Assembly: GCA_041674285.1 (NCBI GenBank)
Contig: JBAYVZ010000003.1
Location: forward strand, 20,606 to 84,605
Reading direction: 5' to 3'
DNA length: 64,000 nt
DNA from: Minisyncoccota bacterium
Lineage (GTDB): Bacteria; Patescibacteriota; Minisyncoccia; Phycocordibacterales; UBA9973
In this document: one piece after another, positions 18,561 through 28,588 of the stretch
Layout of the letters: the number at the start of each line of letters is the position of its first letter
Position numbering within the stretch: position 1 is the stretch's first letter
Translations under genes and position numbers: made by a program
The notes under the pieces: model-generated
Database searches by the model: none
Told to the model about the DNA's origin: nothing
The model's input: the letters and a program-made list of their open reading frames with translations, nothing else

Positions 18561-19703
18561 TTATAAGCCTGAATCTTTTTTCTTAATTTCATAATTAAAA
18601 TAAGATTGTGGTTTGCTCTCGTCAGAAATAGGTTCAAACCCTTTTTCCTCTAATAGCTTATTAACTTCTTCAATAGAATAATAACCCTGTTGTTGGCCTG
18701 TTATTTCACGAAAACGATAGCCTTGAAAGAATAATTTCTGATTTGGATTTCTAAAATTTTCTTTTTTTATATCAGGCTCTATATTAGTAGTATCGGAGAT
18801 TTCCTGTGTATCATTTTTAATAACCTCAACTTTTGGTGCTGGAGTATTTTGCGTCTCTTTTATTTTATTACCAATGATTTCTTTTCCATTTTTTAAATTC
18901 TCGTTCAAGACAACTTTTATACTAGGCTCTCTAAATTTTGGGGAATATATTATTCTTGTGTAGGTCTTATCGTCGCTAACTTCTCCCCCTAACCACATTT
19001 CTCCATACTCACCAAGTACAACATATTTTCTGTTTGTAGTAATTTTTTTTTCTTTTTCATCCCAAGAAATAGGTTTTATCCCCCTCTCCTGGAAACTTGA
19101 ATCTATTTCCTTAAAATCAAATTGAGTAAGTGGCTTATTGTTTGGGTCTGGCCTGATAAATTCTACGCAAGTAAACAAATAATTTATGCGACCTAAAAGA
19201 TGATCTTTTTCATCAACAGAAGTTATTTTTTCATTTTCCTCGATTTTTTTAAACAGAATAACTCTCATTTCTTTTTTTATAAGAGATTCATTTTTAATAT
19301 AATTTGAATTCTTAACATCTAATGGCATATCAACTTTACAATCTACTCCATATTTATGCAGAACCTCAACATCTTTTTCATCCAATTTTTGATATATATT
19401 TTCAATATATTTACTCATTAATTCATGAGATTCTTTTTCAGCTTCTGGTGTTTGAATAAGGTTGAATTCTGACTGAACATGGTCACGATACTTAATATAC
19501 AACTCATTGCTATCATTATAAGCCTTTAATCTTTGGTCATTTATATCTTCAACCTTAACTAAATTAGAATTTTTATTTTGTGTATCCAGAGGCTTTGTTT
19601 CTTTTGCTGCAAAAGCAGCAGCCCCAGTCATACCAACAAGAGCCCCGGTCTTTACTACCTTCTTAATCCCCTCTTTTGCTCTGTTGAAAAATCCTTCTTT
19701 CAT
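18561..19703 (-). CDS. hypothetical secreted or membrane-anchored protein downstream of the T4CP-like ATPase
   Basis: N-terminal hydrophobic segment TGALVGMTGAAAFAA; Lys/Glu-rich; probably co-transcribed with 19706-22435. Confidence 0.4.
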   Translation of the reverse strand: MKEGFFNRAKEGIKKVVKTGALVGMTGAAAFAAKETKPLDTQNKNSNLVKVEDINDQRLKAYNDSNELYIKYRDHVQSEFNLIQTPEAEKESHELMSKYIENIYQKLDEKDVEVLHKYGVDCKVDMPLDVKNSNYIKNESLIKKEMRVILFKKIEENEKITSVDEKDHLLGRINYLFTCVEFIRPDPNNKPLTQFDFKEIDSSFQERGIKPISWDEKEKKITTNRKYVVLGEYGEMWLGGEVSDDKTYTRIIYSPKFREPSIKVVLNENLKNGKEIIGNKIKETQNTPAPKVEVIKNDTQEISDTTNIEPDIKKENFRNPNQKLFFQGYRFREITGQQQGYYSIEEVNKLLEEKGFEPISDESKPQSYFNYEIKKKDSGL

Positions 19704-19705
19704 TT

Positions 19706-22435
19706 TTAATTTCTGTATTTATCCATAATCTCCTCCTCTACTTCCTCGCGGTCACGACCGTATTTTAGATATGACAGTTCCTTTATGCTCTCTACTATCG
19801 CCATATTCCCCTGAGGTGGAGCAAATGTAGCTATATTGAATGGCTTTGTAGGCTGACCATTCACGAGCATAGACATATACGCATTTCTATTATCAATCTT
19901 CATGATATCCTTGGCTGTGAATACAGGCTTGAATTTGCTTTCGAGGAATTCTGCATCTTCAGCACCCACTCGGAATACAGTCATAGAACCTACGTTCCCA
20001 AATACTGCATTCTTTATATTGTCCTCGAGCTGAGCGATGTACTGGTGAGCGATAGTTAGAGACAGTCTATACTTACGAGCTTCTGACAAAATAGATTCAA
20101 TAGCATCTGTAGTCACATTTTGGAACTCGTCGATATATAGATAGAAGTCATTCATCTTTTGCCCGTACATATCCACACGAGAGAGTGCGGCCATCTGGAT
20201 CTTGCCCACGATCAGCATTCCGATCAGATTGGCATTGATCTCCCCGAGGCGACCCTTTGAAAGATTCACGAGTAATATCTTTTTATTGTCCATGATGTCT
20301 CGGAAGTTGAATACTGATTTTTCTTGGAGTACTACGGGGCGCATAATATCGTTCGAGATAAAGTTGTCGAACTTTGAAGTCAGGTATGGCACAAAGTTAG
20401 CAAGAGATTGATCCCCTGTCGTCTGTTCAGCATTGACCCAGAATTGTTTGATGATTGGATTTTTACAATGCTCGAGTTTCATATCACGAAAAGCCTTGTC
20501 GGAAAGAACACGTCCGATCTCAAGGAGGGTCGAACCACTCTCTGGGTGCTCCATAACTAGGAATGCCGAGTTCTTGAAATACTGCTCAAACATAGGACCT
20601 CCAGAAGTCTTCATATCGAAAAGCTTGTTGAATATACCCATCAATTCATTCACAACAAAAGTCTTTTGCTCTGGATACTTTGGATCGAATTCAAGCATAT
20701 TCAGACCCATAGGGCGAGCTGTATACGCAGGGTCAAAGTAGATCACGTCATCTAGGCGCTCTGGTGGGATGTAAGATAGGATATCCTGAATATCTGTACC
20801 GTGTGGGTCTATATAGCACACACCGTGCCCTGCACGGATATCCTGAGCTATCATATTCTTCATAATCGTAGTCTTACCTGTACCAGTCTGACCGATGACA
20901 TACATATGTCGTACGCGATCCTCTGGTGCAAAGTATATAGTCTTGTCGATACCACGATAATCATTGTGCCCGAGTATGACACCTTCAGTACCCATCTCAA
21001 TAGGTGCGGGTGCGATACCTGCTTTTGCTTGTTTGAGCTGTGGAGAGTCACCGATACTGTATGGGAAGTGGAAAACAGTGGCCAATTCTTTTAAATTCAA
21101 TGGTATTGAATAATCCGTATCAAGAGTACGGTAAGTAAAATCATGAGCCAGACTCAAAAGGTCGCTCCCGTCTTTATGCTCGAAATCAAAACCATTTCTA
21201 TCTGCCTCAGTGAATTGATTGAATGAAGATTCCACGTCTTGAAGAATCTGATTTGCTCTGTCTTTAGTCTCGGCAGATACAAGGATGCGGATATTTGTCG
21301 TCATTATCGTACTCTTTACTTTTTCAGTGATAGACTCTACAGCAAAATCATTTACCTTTTTCTCTTCTTTTTCTTTATTTGTCCCAAAAAATATTTCAGA
21401 TGCGATTTTTCCAAATTCTTTACCGATCTGACGAGTTATCGATCGGGCATCTTTTACAGACATGCCATTTTTAACATCTTTCAAGATTCTATTGTATTCG
21501 ATAATCAGTCCATCACCCTCGGGCTGCATCACTATCTGTATAGAAGCCCCCTCTCCCTCTTTCTTTAGCTTTGTAAATACATTCAAAATAATATTAAGAG
21601 GATCATGATCAATCGCATCATATAATTTAATAGGATACACTTCATAGTTAGCGAGCTTTGCTATTGAGCCAGCGATCTCACCACCATCACGGAAGATATT
21701 GTAATCATCAGTCAAAAGATTAACCTTTGCATGAGGGTGAACTCCTAACAATTGCTTTTCAAAAAGATCAGCCTTTCGAGATGGCACTGCTGCATAAAAG
21801 ATAAATTGATCTGACCCTTCGGCAAGAGCCACCTCGAGAATAAAATGATCCCGACTATGATTCTGTCTATTGTCACCCACAGAGTGCATGCCCGCATAAA
21901 ACTGCTCCATAGCAGAGAGTAATTCTTTTAGGCTCTTTTTATCATTCTCATTGTCATTTGGATCTGGGAGTGTGATCTCAAATAGAGATATATCGAGGGC
22001 TTTGAAAAGTGGAGTACCCTCTTTGAGTCCTGGGACCTTGTGTGTGCTGTGCAGATACTCGATAAGGAAACGATTGAAATCATCATCCAGATGTGGATTT
22101 TTTAATTTTTCTACAACAGACAATGCGCTAGATACACCCTTTGAAAGTAGTATCCCCAATAATTCCTCCATCTTTGAATCATGGCTCTCTGGTTTTAATC
22201 TCAGGACGAGAGCTTCGTGCTCTTTTTTGTCCATAACAGCACTCTCGTGCATGACGGTCTCTGGCTGGTGATTCTTGTACTCACCTATCACACTGTGAGT
22301 GAGGGCCTCTTTGTTCACATCTTGACCCCCTTCTTTTAACTCGCGCTCACGCTCTGCTATATGAGCACGTAAAAAAACCAACTCCTCCTCTGGGGTTTTA
22401 AACTTGGGTGTATTATTTAAATTAAGTCCTTCCAT
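19706..22435 (-). CDS. large P-loop ATPase of the FtsK/HerA/VirD4-TraD (type IV coupling protein-like) superfamily
   Basis: Walker A GQTGTGKT; YIDPHGTD; Walker B LYIDEFQN; IAHQYIAQL...FRVGAEDAEF resembles the T4CP Q..QL / C-terminal module; ~450-aa N-terminal soluble extension. Confidence 0.5.
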   Translation of the reverse strand: MEGLNLNNTPKFKTPEEELVFLRAHIAERERELKEGGQDVNKEALTHSVIGEYKNHQPETVMHESAVMDKKEHEALVLRLKPESHDSKMEELLGILLSKGVSSALSVVEKLKNPHLDDDFNRFLIEYLHSTHKVPGLKEGTPLFKALDISLFEITLPDPNDNENDKKSLKELLSAMEQFYAGMHSVGDNRQNHSRDHFILEVALAEGSDQFIFYAAVPSRKADLFEKQLLGVHPHAKVNLLTDDYNIFRDGGEIAGSIAKLANYEVYPIKLYDAIDHDPLNIILNVFTKLKKEGEGASIQIVMQPEGDGLIIEYNRILKDVKNGMSVKDARSITRQIGKEFGKIASEIFFGTNKEKEEKKVNDFAVESITEKVKSTIMTTNIRILVSAETKDRANQILQDVESSFNQFTEADRNGFDFEHKDGSDLLSLAHDFTYRTLDTDYSIPLNLKELATVFHFPYSIGDSPQLKQAKAGIAPAPIEMGTEGVILGHNDYRGIDKTIYFAPEDRVRHMYVIGQTGTGKTTIMKNMIAQDIRAGHGVCYIDPHGTDIQDILSYIPPERLDDVIYFDPAYTARPMGLNMLEFDPKYPEQKTFVVNELMGIFNKLFDMKTSGGPMFEQYFKNSAFLVMEHPESGSTLLEIGRVLSDKAFRDMKLEHCKNPIIKQFWVNAEQTTGDQSLANFVPYLTSKFDNFISNDIMRPVVLQEKSVFNFRDIMDNKKILLVNLSKGRLGEINANLIGMLIVGKIQMAALSRVDMYGQKMNDFYLYIDEFQNVTTDAIESILSEARKYRLSLTIAHQYIAQLEDNIKNAVFGNVGSMTVFRVGAEDAEFLESKFKPVFTAKDIMKIDNRNAYMSMLVNGQPTKPFNIATFAPPQGNMAIVESIKELSYLKYGRDREEVEEEIMDKYRN

Positions 22436-22466
22436 TCCTAAATTATATCATCAATGACATCTAAAT

Positions 22467-22500
22467 AAAAAATACACCAGTCCGACTGGTGTATTTTTTA
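22467..22500. terminator. terminator hairpin (ACACCAGTCCGACTGGTGT + T-run) downstream of map
   Basis: Perfect stem flanked by A/T runs. Confidence 0.55.
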
Positions 22501-22501
22501 T

Positions 22502-23269
22502 TTAGATTTTAGTTAGAATTTCTGGGTCGCCTTCGGTGATGAGTATAGTGTGCTCAAAGTGAGCAGCACGTCCGCCATCCTCTGTCTTTACTGTATATCC
22601 ATCATCAGCGACATAGATATGAGCACTGCCCGATGTGAGCATAGGCTCTATGGCTACTACCATGCCTGGCACGAGCTTTGTACCCTTGCCTGCCTTGCCG
22701 TAGTTTGGGATGTATGGATCTTCATGAATCTTCTTGCCTACACCGTGCCCTGAGAGCTCTCTGACGATACCATAGCGATTGTGTACGAATGACTCGATGG
22801 CATAGCCTATATCACCTGTTGTAGCACCTCCACGAGCTGCCCAGATACCGATATCGAGTGCTTCACGGGTATCATCTAGCAGTCTCTGATCTCTCTTGGA
22901 TATTGCCCCTACGCCTACAGTCATAGCATGATCTGTATAGAGACCCTTGTACTTGATACCCAGGTCTATAGATACGATATCCCCCTCTTTTAGTATGATA
23001 CCTCTCTTTGGTATACCGTGGACAATCTCGCTATTCACAGATGAGCATAGTGTAGCTGGGTATGGCTTTGCATGACCCTCTGGGCGATAGTTCAGAAATG
23101 CAGGATCTCCACCCCTCTCCTTTATCAATTTATAAGCATACTGATCAAGCTCATAAGTAGAGATGCCTGGCGCCACCTTTTCGGCAACCAATGCTAAAAT
23201 CTCGGCGAGTATTTTACCCCCTTCCCTCAATATCTCGATCTCTTCTGCTGTTTTTATTATTACTGCCAT
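22502..23269 (-). CDS. map: type I methionine aminopeptidase
   Basis: Conserved MetAP-I sequence and metal ligands; the secY-adk-map neighbourhood. Confidence 0.9.
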   Translation of the reverse strand: MAVIIKTAEEIEILREGGKILAEILALVAEKVAPGISTYELDQYAYKLIKERGGDPAFLNYRPEGHAKPYPATLCSSVNSEIVHGIPKRGIILKEGDIVSIDLGIKYKGLYTDHAMTVGVGAISKRDQRLLDDTREALDIGIWAARGGATTGDIGYAIESFVHNRYGIVRELSGHGVGKKIHEDPYIPNYGKAGKGTKLVPGMVVAIEPMLTSGSAHIYVADDGYTVKTEDGGRAAHFEHTILITEGDPEILTKI

Positions 23270-23307
23270 ATTTGCTTATATTATCCAATATATACCTTTT
23301 TTGCAAA

Positions 23308-24873
23308 CTAAAAAATTCTTTTTCTCCTTTGAGATACCCGGTCTGAGTGTCTAGAAAAGAAACACTTTCTTGGAATAGGTATCTTCATTTTTCTATAAAA
23401 ATTAAGCTCCTGATCTGTAATGATATAGTTTCTTCCTGTTTCTTCGCATCGTAAAATTTGATGCTTAATAGAATCATCAACATCTTCTATATTATCAGGT
23501 AGATTTTCCAAGGATAACGTCTCCCTACCTGTAGTAAATTGAATGTGATCAAAATAATTAAAACCGTGAGACAAGGCTTGTTCTTTTGTGAGAGGATAAT
23601 TATCCTGAGCTATGGTTTCGTTGTACCCAAAATGAGAATACTTTGATGGGAAGAATTCACCCCATTCTCCTGTGTTCTTCATATGAGCAATTATTTTCGT
23701 CTTAAGATCAAAATACTCCTGTTTTGAATATTGCTTGTTTAATATGCAATACTGAGCTTGCCTTAACCCAGAACATCCAAATAAGTCAGACGAACCAAAA
23801 CAATGCTCAACATAACAAACATCACTACATTTATATGAAAAAATAGTGAACAATGCCAAGCGGTCATTGTCTGGAGTAATACCTTCGTAGCACATCTCAT
23901 TCTCTCCCCCTACTAACATATCGTATCCATCTTTTATATCATTCCCATTTTCAAAAAATTTAACATTATGAAGGCGTCTGCCCGTATAACAATACTTTGC
24001 ATTATTACTATTCAAAAGCGCTTCACCTACACAATCAACACAATTAATCATAAATGGTTCACCTAAAGGAAAATTAGAAATAAGATTAGCGAATTCTTTT
24101 TTTGCTTCTTGTTGACCACTATAACTACCCAGCTTAAATTCAGATATTATTTTATGATAATCTTCTTTTGTATATTGCTCATTTTTGAACATATACTGTC
24201 CTCCACGCAACCCGACACACATAAAACAATCCTGAAGATTTCGGCAGTCATAACAAAAAGAGCTTGAAATCAAATTTTGAGAATAAAAGCAAAATTTACA
24301 ATCGTAACACTGGTTCAAAAATATTGATTCATATATTCTCTCTGACGCAAAAATATCCATCGAATCTACGACCTCTACAGCATTTGGACCTGATACCCCA
24401 TATGAGTACATGCAATCTTCATTCTTCCAAGCCATCGAAACCATATAAGAATTTTTTGCATAAGCTTCATTTTGAGTATACTCACAATTCACGCTACCAA
24501 TACCATCATCATTCATAAGTGCGATTAGAGGGACTTCTTTTTGGAGTTCATGGAATTGATCGAAAAATGGGCGCGAAAAATCAAAATCACGACCATAAGA
24601 TTTTGGATCCCAATTGTCGCTCCACCATTCTTTTACTGAATATACTTTCCTATCCTCTTCCGGAGAATAAAGAGATATTATATTTTTACCAGTAGAATCA
24701 CACTTTCTATTATAAAAAGTAAAATCATTCCTCCATGTCATCCTTCTTTGTCTGCGACACTGAGGGCAAAAAGTCGGTGCTGGTACACCGATCTTTTCAT
24801 AGAAAGAAAAATCATCAACCTCTATCACAAAAGTTTTCTTACAATTCTGACAATTTTTACTTTCAGGATTCAT
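23308..24873 (-). CDS. cysteine-rich protein with N- and C-terminal zinc-ribbon motifs and ~4 internal Cys-rich repeats; function unknown
   Basis: CQNC..CPQCRRQRR at the N-terminus; repeats of the type C.DC.FC..SQNL..S.FCYDC.NL.DCF.C; C-terminal RCEETGRNY...RKCFF. Confidence 0.4.
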   Translation of the reverse strand: MNPESKNCQNCKKTFVIEVDDFSFYEKIGVPAPTFCPQCRRQRRMTWRNDFTFYNRKCDSTGKNIISLYSPEEDRKVYSVKEWWSDNWDPKSYGRDFDFSRPFFDQFHELQKEVPLIALMNDDGIGSVNCEYTQNEAYAKNSYMVSMAWKNEDCMYSYGVSGPNAVEVVDSMDIFASERIYESIFLNQCYDCKFCFYSQNLISSSFCYDCRNLQDCFMCVGLRGGQYMFKNEQYTKEDYHKIISEFKLGSYSGQQEAKKEFANLISNFPLGEPFMINCVDCVGEALLNSNNAKYCYTGRRLHNVKFFENGNDIKDGYDMLVGGENEMCYEGITPDNDRLALFTIFSYKCSDVCYVEHCFGSSDLFGCSGLRQAQYCILNKQYSKQEYFDLKTKIIAHMKNTGEWGEFFPSKYSHFGYNETIAQDNYPLTKEQALSHGFNYFDHIQFTTGRETLSLENLPDNIEDVDDSIKHQILRCEETGRNYIITDQELNFYRKMKIPIPRKCFFSRHSDRVSQRRKRIF

Positions 24874-24877
24874 ATTT

Positions 24878-25390
24878 TTATTTTACAAAACCAATACGTC
24901 TATTTTTGGGTTTTGATTCTTGCATTAAAAGCTGCTTGAGGACTTCAAAAACTTGACGGAGCTGGGTGTCGTATTTCTTCTCCATACCTTCTATTTTTTT
25001 TCTGAGTTTTATATTAGTTGAAAGTAATTCTCTAATCTTTGTAAATGTACGTATGATTTGAATATTTACTTGTATCGCCCTTTCACTATTTAAGATACTT
25101 GAAAGCATAGCTACACCTTGCTCGGTGAATACGTATGGTAATTGTGTTGAAAATTTAAGAGACTTTAGGTGGTCACAATTTGTGACCACCTTATCTTTCT
25201 CTTTACCATTTAATTGGAACATAAAATCTGATGGAAATCTTTTTATATTTCTCTTTACTGCTTGGTTTAAAACCTTAGTTTGAACACCGTAAAGAGAAGC
25301 TAGGTCAGTGTCCAACATAACTTTCTTCCCTCTTACTAGGAGTATATTACTGAGAATGATTTCATCTGGAATTAGAGTGACTTTCTTCAT
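24878..25390 (-). CDS. ORF6N-domain DNA-binding protein (KilA-N/antirepressor-like)
   Basis: ILLVRGKKVMLDTDLASLYGV.TK.LNQAVKRN..RFP.DFMFQL ... FTEQGVAMLSSIL.S.RA..VNI.IIR.F is the canonical ORF6N signature. Confidence 0.75.
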   Translation of the reverse strand: MKKVTLIPDEIILSNILLVRGKKVMLDTDLASLYGVQTKVLNQAVKRNIKRFPSDFMFQLNGKEKDKVVTNCDHLKSLKFSTQLPYVFTEQGVAMLSSILNSERAIQVNIQIIRTFTKIRELLSTNIKLRKKIEGMEKKYDTQLRQVFEVLKQLLMQESKPKNRRIGFVK

Positions 25391-25414
25391 ATATAAATTA
25401 TAACACTAAAGTTT

Positions 25415-26101
25415 TTATTTTATTAACGTCCCTAAAAACTCTCTCCCATTTAAATAATTCTTTAAATTTTCTATATTCTTACCATTCATTATCACTACCT
25501 CGAGCCCTAGCTCTTCTGATTCACGGGCTGCTACTGGATCAAAGGGTGATGATAGTCCTGGGTGCCATTCATCTGGCAATATCTTTCTGAATTCTGCCCA
25601 AGTAGTATCCTCGATCTTTTTTGCATCAGGATATTTATTTGGATCTTTATCATAAGCAAAATCAATATTTGAAAGATTTATCACTCGTCCTGCATTTACT
25701 ATCCTAGCTACATGTACAGCAGCTAGATCGCTACTATTCCCCGGCTTCCATCCACCACCTACGATGATAGATTTATCTGTCTCGGGCATATGATCTGGAT
25801 CGAGAATTATATATGGATGAGCAAGACCGTTGAATGCTATACGTACGAGCTCTGCATTTAGCCTTGTAGCTGCTATACCCATCCAATCTAGATCCTCCTC
25901 TGTCGGAGATACAATACTCTTTAGATATTCATTATAATTCCTACATATCCTCCCCCCGCCTGTGATGATCACGAATTTAAAACCTTGATTTACAAATTCA
26001 GAAATTAATTTAACAAAAGATGACAAAAACGAAACATCTACCTCGTTTGGAACTACGAGTGATCCCCCCAAAGATATGACGATGCGCTTTTGTTTGTCCA
26101 T
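25415..26101 (-). CDS. pyrH: UMP kinase, archaeal/eukaryal-like short form
   Basis: Amino-acid-kinase fold: IVISLGGS...VIITGGG...DPNKYPDAKKI. Confidence 0.65.
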   Translation of the reverse strand: MDKQKRIVISLGGSLVVPNEVDVSFLSSFVKLISEFVNQGFKFVIITGGGRICRNYNEYLKSIVSPTEEDLDWMGIAATRLNAELVRIAFNGLAHPYIILDPDHMPETDKSIIVGGGWKPGNSSDLAAVHVARIVNAGRVINLSNIDFAYDKDPNKYPDAKKIEDTTWAEFRKILPDEWHPGLSSPFDPVAARESEELGLEVVIMNGKNIENLKNYLNGREFLGTLIK

Positions 26102-26107
26102 TCTATT

Positions 26108-26698
26108 TTATATTCCTAGAGATTTAATAATATCAGTGTGGACTTGTTCTACAGATTGCTCTCCATTTATAGTCACCATATTGTAACCAGATTTACCTTC
26201 AAAGTATTTCATAGATGGCAATACGTTATTTATGTATTCATCAAAACGTGTCTCTATACCCTCATCTGTGTCATCTGTACGGGCACGTAGCTTCATGCGC
26301 TTCATCGCTTCCTCCTTGCCAACTTCTATATATATAACGTGAATATTTTCACGACTATAAAACTGCATAGCTTTTTCAAAACTTTCAGACTGTGAAATTG
26401 TCCTAGGATATCCATCAGAAATAAAAGACATCTTCTCTGTCATATTAGAAATTAATATATTTGTGAAAAGACTTGTTGTTAGAAAATCTGGGGCAAGCAA
26501 TCCCTTTTCTGAGATTTTTTTGACCAGTTGACCAGTATAGCCCCCATTGTCTACAATCTTTCGATATTCTACCCCTGGAGATATATAGATAACGTCTTCT
26601 ACTAATTTGTGCTCACTCAGATATTTATCCAAGAGTTCACCTTGTGTCCCCTTGCCAGAACCTGCTATTCCAAAAAATATAAATGTGTATGGTTTCAT
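26108..26698 (-). CDS. adk: adenylate kinase-like nucleoside monophosphate kinase (start taken at MKPYTF)
   Basis: P-loop GIAGSGKGTQ; lies between secY and map. Confidence 0.65.
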   Translation of the reverse strand: MKPYTFIFFGIAGSGKGTQGELLDKYLSEHKLVEDVIYISPGVEYRKIVDNGGYTGQLVKKISEKGLLAPDFLTTSLFTNILISNMTEKMSFISDGYPRTISQSESFEKAMQFYSRENIHVIYIEVGKEEAMKRMKLRARTDDTDEGIETRFDEYINNVLPSMKYFEGKSGYNMVTINGEQSVEQVHTDIIKSLGI

Positions 26699-26712
26699 CT
26701 TATTAATATACC

Positions 26713-26745
26713 ATAAAAAATCCCTCAATTAAATGAGGGAATTTT
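26713..26745. terminator. hairpin AATCCCTCA-ATTAAA-TGAGGGAATT with flanking A/T runs between secY and adk
   Basis: Related to the identical hairpins at 31233 and 32302. Confidence 0.4.
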
Positions 26746-28017
26746 TTAGTACTCTCTCATCGAGAGCTCGGCTTCAATTTTCTTTATAATATCAAGCACT
26801 ACAGACACTACGATCAGGAGAGCTGTACCCCCTAGAGCAAAAGCAGTGATTCCAGTGATAGCCTTCATGACTAGAGGTAGAACAGCTATCACACCTAGGA
26901 ACACAGCTCCCATCAGAGTCACACGGTTCAATATCTTTGCGATATAGTCACGTGTAGCTATGCCTGGGCGGATACCTGGGATAAATGCACCGTTCTTCTG
27001 TAGATTCTCAGAAATTTGATTTGGATCAAATGTAACTGCTGTATAAAAATATGTAAATAGGAATACAAAAATAAAGTAGACTAGAGAGTATAACCATACA
27101 TTTTGTACGAACCATAGTAGAGCATCTCCTATTGCCTTTAATGTACCGTTTGACATCCCTGCTAGGAAATTACCAGCCATTTGAGGGAACAATAGTATAG
27201 ATAGAGCAAAGATTATAGGGATAACTCCTGATTGATTCACACGTAGAGGGATATAAGTCTCTGATCCACCAGTAGTAGCCCCACCACGGATTTGACGTGC
27301 ATAAGTCACTGGGATAGGACGCTCAGCCTCTGTGACAATAACTACACCCACGATTATCAATATTCCAACAACTAGGAATAGTAGGTACATAGGGATACTA
27401 GCTACATCAAAAGTAAATAGGAATTGATTCAACTCTTTATGGATATTCGCTACGATACCAGCAAAGATGATCAATGATACACCGTTACCAATACCAAATT
27501 CTGAAACTAGCTCACCGAGCCACATTAACAACATTGAACCAGCTACGATAACTGCTACGTTTGCAATCTGACCAAACACTGTTATATCACCGAGTACACC
27601 TTGCTGAGACAACAACATCATGAATGTAATACCTTGGATAATAGCAAGAGGTATAGTCAGTAGACGGCTGATGCGGTTGAATTTCTTCTTGCCAATCTCG
27701 CCATCTTCCTGATACATAGCCTTTATACGAGGTGACATGATAGTCACAAGCTGCATGATGATAGATGAAGTGATGTATGGGCCTACTCCAAGCATGATAA
27801 GAGAAAGATGAGACAATCCCCCACCAGAGAAGACATTCAATACTCCTAGGAATTGATTATTATTCAAAAACGCTTGTAGCTTCATAGCATCTACTCCAGG
27901 AATCGGAATAGCAGCTAGTAGACGAAACACCACCAATATAGCAAGAACAAACAAGACACGCTTTCGGAGCGCCTTGTCGGTAAAAACTGTTTTTATTTTA
28001 TGTAGAAACTTTTCCAT
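26746..28017 (-). CDS. secY: preprotein translocase subunit SecY
   Basis: 10-TM SecY sequence; after rplO. Confidence 0.95.
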   Translation of the reverse strand: MEKFLHKIKTVFTDKALRKRVLFVLAILVVFRLLAAIPIPGVDAMKLQAFLNNNQFLGVLNVFSGGGLSHLSLIMLGVGPYITSSIIMQLVTIMSPRIKAMYQEDGEIGKKKFNRISRLLTIPLAIIQGITFMMLLSQQGVLGDITVFGQIANVAVIVAGSMLLMWLGELVSEFGIGNGVSLIIFAGIVANIHKELNQFLFTFDVASIPMYLLFLVVGILIIVGVVIVTEAERPIPVTYARQIRGGATTGGSETYIPLRVNQSGVIPIIFALSILLFPQMAGNFLAGMSNGTLKAIGDALLWFVQNVWLYSLVYFIFVFLFTYFYTAVTFDPNQISENLQKNGAFIPGIRPGIATRDYIAKILNRVTLMGAVFLGVIAVLPLVMKAITGITAFALGGTALLIVVSVVLDIIKKIEAELSMREY

Positions 28018-28134
28018 CCTGTTAGAGATAGGTAGTCAAAAGACTACCGTATCTTATTAATTATTGTAAATAATATATATTATAAATAAACTCTCTAATC
28101 TATCTTATAAAACAACAAACGAATCTCTAACAGG
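28018..28134 (-). promoter_or_regulatory. structured 5' leader element, copy B (outer stem CCTGTTAGAGAT/ATCTCTAACAGG; inner hairpin GGTAGTC-AAAA-GACTACC), filling the rplO-secY spacer
   Basis: Same architecture as copies A and C; the C-to-T change in the 5' arm is compensated by G-to-A in the 3' arm. Confidence 0.55.
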
Positions 28135-28145
28135 ATCCATTAGTA

Positions 28146-28574
28146 TTATTTTATAGTTCCACCAGCTTTTTCAATCTTTGCTTTAGCTGAGTCAGAAACG
28201 ATACAACCTTCAACTGTGATCGAGACTGTGATGTCCCCTGTTCCTAGGATCTTTACCTTTGGAAGCTTGCCACTTACCTTGCGGATAAGCTTGTTAGCAA
28301 AAAGTGCTGTAGGGTTCACAACTGTTCCGTCTGTAAATATATTCAATGAAGAAACATTCACAACGTTTGGCTTTGAAACTGTAGACTTAAAACGATATCC
28401 ACGAAGTTTTGGAAGCTTCTTTATGATATCACGAATTTGAGGACGGCGCTTGTTACCAGCACGAGCTGTCTGACCCTTTCCTCCACGTCCAGATTGCTTA
28501 CCACGAGTACCACCACGTCCTACTTGGCGTGCCTTCTTATTTGGATTTTTTCTTTTTAATTCGTTTAATTGCAT
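28146..28574 (-). CDS. rplO: 50S ribosomal protein L15
   Basis: Gly/Arg-rich N-terminus (GRGGTRGKQSGRGGKG) and operon order. Confidence 0.9.
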   Translation of the reverse strand: MQLNELKRKNPNKKARQVGRGGTRGKQSGRGGKGQTARAGNKRRPQIRDIIKKLPKLRGYRFKSTVSKPNVVNVSSLNIFTDGTVVNPTALFANKLIRKVSGKLPKVKILGTGDITVSITVEGCIVSDSAKAKIEKAGGTIK

Positions 28575-28588
28575 AAATATGATTTAAA

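Noticed and set aside
14979-18637. Interpreting the HD/CYTH/ndk/Nudix cluster as an anti-phage nucleotide-depletion defence system
   Set aside because: No sensor, effector or nuclease partners, and the genes look like housekeeping nucleotide metabolism. Kept only as a metabolism-cluster observation.
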